From contig CP075496.1 of assembly GCA_021613535.1 (NCBI GenBank), forward strand, positions 4,216,001-4,280,000: 64,000 nucleotides of DNA. Reading direction: 5' to 3'. The translations under genes and the position numbers were made by a program. Below are positions 56,217 through 64,000 of this stretch, piece after piece. Every line of letters begins with the position of its first letter. Position 1 is the first letter of the stretch. Origin of the DNA: Adineta vaga (Eukaryota; Animalia; Rotifera). Below the pieces are notes generated by a model. That model searched no databases, had not been told where the DNA came from, and was given only the letters and a program-made list of their open reading frames with translations.

Positions 56217-59200
56217 ATGGATTCCGATCAAACTGAACCAATTATTACGAATGGTCATTCTCATGTTGTTGATGATGAAGTTCAGCAAACAACATCAACA
56301 ATAACCGATAAACAAAATCTTGAATCAGTATATACAAACAAAATTTCTTCCTGTTGTTATTTACTTTATTTATTTATTTATTTTCTTTGATAGATGGCTG
56401 ATATGGGCGATGTTATCGATGGTCGAGAAATTCAAGTTTTGGAAACAGCTGAAGATATTCAAGCAAGACGTGAACAAGTTCTTACACGTTTTGCTCATTT
56501 TAAAGAAGCTGCTAAATATCGTCGTGATAAACTTGAAGACTCACGAGAATATCAATATTTTAAACGCGATGCTGATGAATTAGAAATGTGGATTAATGAA
56601 AAAATACAATTATGTTCTCATGATGATACCTATCGTGATTCAACTAGTGTTCAAGTAAAACTAATCGATTGATCTATTTGTATTGATTCATATATGTATT
56701 TATTTATTTATTTTGTAGGCTAAAATTCAAAAACATGAAGCATTTGAAGAAGAAGTTGCAGCACATCATAATGCTGTTGTTCGACTTGATGAGGAAGGCG
56801 CAGCAAAAATAAGCCGTGGACATTTTGCCTCATCGGCTGTTCAAGTAAATGAAGCAAATATACGATTGTTATCATTGTGTTTTGTTTTGTATTTTATTCT
56901 AGGCACGACTTGATGAAATTCATCGTTTATGGAATTTACTTTTAAAACGTTTACAAGAAAAATCTGCTCGTTTACAATTAGCTCGTAAATTAGAACAATT
57001 CTCTCGAGATTGTGACGAATTCATCTTCTGGATGCGTGATAAGGTAAGAAACGTTTTTTTTCTGATTTTAATGATTTAGATTTTCTTGTTTTTAGGAATC
57101 ATTTGTTTTATCAGAAGATTTTGGTAAAGATCTTCAAAGTGTTCAAAATCTTCAACGTAAACATGATAATGTCGAACGAGATATATCTGTTTTACAAGAA
57201 AAAGTCGAAAATTTACGTAAAGAAGGTGCACGTATACAACAAGATGTACCAGAAGGTGCTGATCAAATTGAAAAACGTTTAGCTGATATGATGCAAGCTT
57301 GGGATGATTTACGTACAAAAGTAAATTGAATTGTTTTTCTTTTATTGCAAATGTTTGATTCTTTGAATTGTTTTTTAGTCTGATGAACGCAAAACAGTTT
57401 TAAATGAATCATTTCGTTTACATCATTTTTTATCTGAATTTCGTGATTTAATGTCATGGGCATTGGATATGGAAGCACAATTATCCTCAGATGAATTGGC
57501 AAAAGATGTTTCAGGTGCTGAAGCCTTAGTTGAACGTCATTCTGAATTTAAAGGTGAAATTGATGCACGTAAAGATAGTTTTGCAAATGTTCAACGCATT
57601 GGAAATAATTTAATTCAACAAGATCATTATGCTAAAACTGATATTGAAACAAAATTACAAGAATTACTTAGTCAACAAACAAAATTAGATCATTTATGGT
57701 CTCAACGTTTAATGTTATTACAAGATTGTATGCATTTACAACTTTTTCTACGAGATATTGATCAAGCATTAACATGGATACAAAAACAAGATCAATATTT
57801 ACTACAAAATATAAATGATACTGATTCTTGTCAAACATTAGATGATTGCGAAGCTTTAATTAAAAAATATGATGATTTTGAAAAATTACTTCAAGCACAA
57901 GAAGAAAAAGGTTTGTTTTTTTCCCAAATCAAATAAATTAACCGATTACGATTCTTATTTGATTTATAGGCAAAGCACTTGATGAATTTGGTCGTGATCT
58001 TCTTAATGCTGGTCATTATAATTCGGATTTAATTCAAGAAAAACTTGATTTACTTTATCAATCTCGTATTAGTTTATTAGATAAAATTAATACTAAACGT
58101 CGTTTATTACAAAATACACTCAATTATTATACATTCGAACGTGATTGTGATGAATTGAAATTATGGGCAAAAGAAAAATTAAAAATGGCATTAACACGTG
58201 ATTATCTTGATACAGCTAATATAAATATTAAATGTCAAAAACATCAACAATTTCTGAATGAATTAGCTGCTTATCAACCGAAAATGGATACAGTTATTTT
58301 AACTGGTCAAAAATTAATCGACGAACAACATGGTCAAACGCAAAATATTAATCAACATTTAACTGAATTAGAAGATATATTGAATAGATTAGTTGAAGCT
58401 GCAAATGAAAAATCTGATCGTTTAAAAGAAGCAACTGATGGTCAAACATATATGCGTGCTTTAGAAGAAGTTGATATGTGGACAAATGATGTGGAAAATA
58501 CTTTAACCAATGATGATTATGGTAAAGATATGACATCAGTACAAAACTTACAGAAGAAACAACAATTATTGGAAAATGAATTTTCATTGAAAAAAGATCG
58601 AATTGATCAATTATCGAAAGATGCAGAACATTTTCAACAAATTGGTCATTTTGATTCGAATAATATTTTAAAAAAACAAATTCAACTTGTAACACGTTTT
58701 CAATCTTTACTTGAACCATTACAACAAAAGAAAGAGAAATTAAATGCATCAGCAGAATTTCAACGCTTATTACATAATATTGAAGATGAAGAAGCTTGGA
58801 TTCGGTAGGAAATAGTTGGAGAAAAAAAAATGAAATATTTGATTGATTTTGATTTATTATAGAGAAAAGGAACCGAGTATTATGTCGACAAATCGAGGAA
58901 GAGATTTAATTGGTGTTCAAAATTTATTAAGAAAACATCAAGGTTTAATGGGAGAATTACAAAATCATGAAGCACAAATACGGACAGTTTGTAATGAAGG
59001 AGAAGACATGATTAATCAAGGTATAGTTGTATATTAACTAAAAGATCTATTTTCACGTATATTTATTAGGTCATTTTGCATCAGCCGAAATTAAGAAACA
59101 TATTGTTAATTTACAATCGAAATGGCAAAATCTTAAAGAAGTATCCGTACAAAGAAAACATGATTTAGAAGATTCATTACAAGCACAACAATATTTCAGT

Positions 59201-62200
59201 GATGCAAAAGAAGTTGAATCATGGATTCAGTAAGTAATCATATTTTCGAATTTACCTAAAACCTATTCGTGACGAATATTTCGATTGAAAATGAAATTTG
59301 TTTTTGTGTTTTTTTAGTGAAAAAGAACCCATTGCTCAATCAGCTGATTATGGTCGCGATGAAGATTCATGCAATGCATTATATAAAAAACATCAACAAT
59401 TATTCAATGATATCAAAGCATTTGAACAAACCGAATTAGAAGATCTTCGTCAAAAAGCTCAAAAATGCCATCAACCTGAAAAACCTCTTGTATCAGATGA
59501 TTTAACAGGTCAACGACAAAAAGTTCTTAGTCTTTATGATTATGCTGAAAAGACTCCACGAGAAATTTCAATGAAAAAAGGTGATACACTCATATTATTG
59601 AATGCTTCAAATAAAGATTGGTGGAAAGTTGAATTAAATGATCGACAAGGTTTTGTTCCAGCAACATATTTGAAAAAAATTGAAAAAGAACCCATATCAA
59701 TGAATGAACAAGAACGTTTAGATGAATATACGGTCAGTGCAAGACAACAACAAATTGAAAAACAATATGCCAATTTATTGACTATTTGTCAACAACGATT
59801 AGAAAAACTTGGTAAGATAGAAGAACATCTAATGTGACCCTTGACAGAAAGAAATCATTGAATGAAACAAGGTTAGAAATTGTAATGAGGCTATTTTTAT
59901 TAATGAGAAGGTTTTATCAACGATTTGTACGAAGGTCATGATTGTTGCCCGATGCTCTTATCATAATAACTATCTCTGAGAATCTATATTTCATCTTCAT
60001 TCAAATCAGTGAAATTTCAAAAACTATCAAAAGTTCTCAATATGATATTTTGTTTTAGCTGAAGCATCAGATGCATATAAATTAATGCGTGAAGCTGCTG
60101 ATCTTGTTGTTTGGATCAATGATAAAGAACGTATTGCATCGGAAGAATCTCTTGGTAAAGGTCCTGATGATGTTGAAGAACTTCAACGTCGTTTTGATGA
60201 ATTTCAAAAAGAATTACGTACTAATGAATTACGTCTTGTTCGTTTGAATTCTATTGCTGAAAAACTTCTTCAATTGGGTCGAACAGATGCAGCACTTAAA
60301 ATTCAAATTGATATTAATAATCTTAATCGTAAATGGGATGATTTGAAAAAGAATGCTGAAGAACGTGAACAACAATTATTATCAGCCTATGAAGTACAAC
60401 GTTTTACACGTGATGCTGAAGAAGCACAAGACTGGATTAGTGAAAAATTTGAACAACTTGATCCTGATGAACTTGGACAAGATTTACGTAGCGTCAAACG
60501 TTTACAAAAGAAACATGAAGCATATGAACGTGATCTTAATGCACTTGGCGATAAAATTCGTGAACTTGGTTTGTGAAAATTTTCAACAGAAGAATATGAG
60601 AGAATATATGTTTTCTTTTTAAATTCTATTTAGATGATTTAACAAAACGTTTAATTAATACACATCCTGAACAAGCCGAGGTTATTATTCAAAAACAACA
60701 AGTTATTCAAAATCAATGGACTGATTTAACATCGAAAGCTGATTTACATAAGGTAATGCAATACGATTTGTTCTCTTGTTTTTATGATCATTCGTCTTTC
60801 AATTGTAGGCTAAATTATTGGATGATTATGATTATCAGAAATTTCTTACTGATTTTCGAGATTTAGCTGCTGTTATTCAATCAATTATTCAACAAATCTC
60901 ATCGGATGAACTTGCTAAAGATGTTCCAGGTGCTGAAGCTCTACTTGAACGTCATCATGAACATCGATCTGAAATCGATGCACGATCAGGAGCATTTCAA
61001 GCATTTGAAGATTTTGGTAATGATTTGATTAATGCTGAACATTTTGCAAATGAAGATATTAAACAACATTTACAAAAAATGGATGATATTCGACAACAAC
61101 TCGAAGCGTAAGTTGTTTAAAACATGAAAGCAACGAACACATCAACATATATACACACATTGTTATTCTAGTGCTTGGAAAGAACGTCAAGATAAATTGG
61201 ATGAATGTCTTGGTAAGTTGAAACGAAAAAAACAACAACAACAACAGGACATGATTGAATATGTTGAAATATTTTAGAATTACAATTGTTCTATCGTGAT
61301 TGTGATACAGCTGAAACATGGATGGAAAGTCGAGAGAAAGCTTTGAAAGATGAAGCTGTTGAAGTTGTTGAAGCAGCTATTAAACGACATGAAGATTTCG
61401 ACAAAGCTATTAAGGCTCAAGTAAGTTTGAATAACATGTGTGACAAATTTTGAATAAAATAATCTAATTTATAGGAAGATAAAATTAATAATTTAAAACA
61501 ATTCGCTGGTCAATTAATTTCACAAGATCATTATGAAAAAGTTGGTATCGAAGATCGTTTACAACGTGTTCTCGATCGTTGGACACGTTTACGTCAAGCA
61601 ATGATGGAATATCGATCACGATTAGGTGAATCACAAACATTACAAGATTTTTCACGTGATGCTGAAGAAATTGAAGCTTGGATTGCTGATAAACTTGCTG
61701 CTGCTTCTGATGAACCCGTTAAAGAAACACAAAACTTACAGGTAAGCAAAAAAAAACAAGAAGCATATCCTTCTTAGAAGTTCCCTTACGAATTATCCAT
61801 TTATCTCTCATACCAACAATGTCCATACTCGTTGAAAATATGTTTTATATAATTATATGTGTGTGTATATGTAGGCTAAAAAGATTCAAGTAAGTAACTC
61901 GTTCGTATGTGCCTGTTCTTTTGAATTGGATCAAACTTATTCCCAGAATTATTTGCCATTATGGATGAGCGTGGTTTTTTTTCGTGTGTGATAGCATTTT
62001 TTTTTGCATGAATACATCAATCTAGCATGCATTCAAAGAAGTCATCCTTTTGAATATTCCTAAATTATATGTATGATTTATTCTTTAGAGTAAAAGTCAA
62101 AAACATCAAGCATTTGTTGCTGAGTTAGCTGCGAATACTGATCGTATTCAATCGATTATTGGCATGGGCAAAGGTTTGATTGATTCACGTAAATGTGCTG

Positions 62201-64000
62201 GTTTGGAATCAACTGTAGACAATCGTTTACAACAAATTATTGAACAATGGGAATTTCTTGTGCAAAAATCATCTGATAAAAGTTTGAAATTAAAAGAAGC
62301 TTCACGACAACAAACATTCAATGCTGGTGTCAAAGATGTCGAATTTTGGCTTGGAGAAGTAAGTATTCTTTCAAATATAAAATGATCTCTAATATTATAT
62401 CTTGTATTTAATTTAGATTGAAAATCAATTGGCTAATGATGATGTTGGACGAGATCTAACATCTGTACAAAATATGTTGAAGAAACAACAATTATTGGAG
62501 AATGATATTGCAAATCATGAGGTAATTTAAACAGAGAATGAGAAAGCGAGGAAATGAACATATTTTAATTAGCTCGATATCGTTGATATTGAGAATCTTA
62601 TTTCATTCATTGTTGTAATGATCTTTTTAATATGTATTTAGAGTGCTACAACTGAATTAAACAAAACTGCCGATGAATTTATTGAAAATAATATGTTCGA
62701 TGTTGAAAATATTAAAGAAACACGAAATACTATCAATGATCGTTTTCAAAAGTTTGTCAATGTTTTTAATGTTTTCTCTTTTAATCATACATTGTTCATT
62801 TCTTCTATCTAGAGTTCGTAATCAAGCTGATACTCGTCGAAAACGTTTACAAGAAGCTTCAACTGTCCATCAATTCATTCGTGATCTTGAAGATGAAGAA
62901 GCACAACTTAGGTACATATCAAAATTTAGTTTTCCTATTCTTTATTCAATAGTTTTCATTTGTAGAGAAAAGAAACTACTCGTTACAAGTGATGATTATG
63001 GTCGTGATTTCAATCAAAGTCAAAATTTACGTCGTAAACATAAACGTTTCGAAATTGATCTTGCCTCACATGAGCCCAATGTACAAAATCTTCAACAATT
63101 AGGAGCAGAATTAACTCAAGAAGTTGGTAATCCAGATATTGAACGTAAATGTAAAGATTTAGTTAATCATTGGGAATCATTGAAACAAGCAACTGATGAT
63201 CGAACGAAAAAACTTGATGAATCTTTAACATATCATAATTGGGCATCAAGTTTAGATGAAGAAAATGCATGGATTAAAGAACGATTACATATTATGAATA
63301 ATCCAGATATAGGTACAACATTAGTTGCTGTTCAAGGTTTACAAAAGAAACATGAATCATTTGAAGCTGACTTTCTTGTACAAAAGGAACGTTGTCAAGA
63401 AATTCTTCAACAAGGACAGAAATTAATCGAACAAGTTTGTTTAAAATCTTTGTGTTTTATAAATAAAACTATATGATTCTTCTTTTGTGTTTTTTTAAGA
63501 ACAATCATTTATCACCACAGATTAAAGATCGAATGAATTATTTAGAAGAAGCATTAAAACGTTTAGAAGTTGATGCTAGTCGACATAAGGAACGTTTACA
63601 AGAAAATGCTGCACTTCTTCAATTCATGTGGAAAGCAGACGTTGTCGAAAGTTGGATTGGTAAGTTTACTCTTCGAATAATCACTATTGCGCAAGAGTTA
63701 ATATTGCTTGAGTAGAACATCTCTAGAGATGCGTATATACAAACAAAATGAAAGGAAACGATTCGATAGTTTTCAATTCCCATTACATGTTTTTCTCTTG
63801 TGATATTTTATGTTAATTTATTTTTTAGCTGAAAAACTTCATCAATTACGAACTGATGATTTGGGTCACAATCTTTTATCTGTACAAAATCTTCTTACTC
63901 GTCATGAAACATTCGAAGCTGGATTGAGTAATTTTGAACATGAAGGTATTCGTTTAGTAACTGATCTCAAAGAAGAATTGTTATCCAATAATCGTGGTAG
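56217..64000 (+). CDS. SPTAN1: Alpha-spectrin (non-erythroid type), 3'-truncated by the window end
   Basis: [32 protein letters not shown], tandem spectrin repeats, SH3 domain ([18 protein letters not shown]...[15 protein letters not shown]) at about 59515-59690. Confidence 0.96.
61875..61889 (+). other. 15-nt in-frame microexon of alpha-spectrin (AKKIQ)
   Basis: gtag|GCTAAAAAGATTCAA|gtaagt within an otherwise unusually long phase-0 intron. Confidence 0.8.

Noticed and set aside
59812-60058. Long spectrin intron after SH3 as host of an alternative exon like the vertebrate 20-aa insert
   Set aside because: The only AG...GT candidate I found (59848-59871) has an in-frame stop and would leave a 36-nt upstream intron.

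Overview
This is AT-rich, gene-dense eukaryotic (animal) DNA with many short GT-AG introns of about 50-60 nt. The style fits a bdelloid rotifer, which is an inference and not proven here. Manual splicing gives about 21 protein-coding genes: Tousled-like kinase, anamorsin, GH18 chitinase, a small secreted prepropeptide, an ABCA transporter, an intronless frameshifted ERG4-type sterol reductase, SLC26, UBA52, NT5C2, a fibrillar collagen, SLC45, SRRM1, TOM40, UQCRB, ARPC5, YjbQ, UPRT, LIN52, DDX23, an HNH-like protein and alpha-spectrin (running off the end). There are also two tRNA-Trp genes and a snR38/SNORD1-like C/D snoRNA. Five observations stand out. (1) A tightly packed same-strand cluster (UQCRB to DDX23, possibly the HNH gene) has pyrimidine tract+AG acceptors at or just before the ATGs, making it a candidate SL trans-spliced operon that includes an intronless bacterial-like yjbQ. 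(2) A four-exon gene encodes a candidate neuropeptide precursor (RR-FCCMNPLS-G-RKR) that the ORF track misses. (3) Alpha-spectrin has a 15-nt microexon at the same site as the vertebrate SPTAN1 5-aa insert, with RBFOX-type motifs downstream. (4) The collagen has 6- and 8-nt microexons that are needed to keep the Gly-X-Y register. (5) A fungal/protist-type ERG4 sits head-to-head with the ABCA lipid transporter. All family assignments come from motif recognition; no database searches were run.
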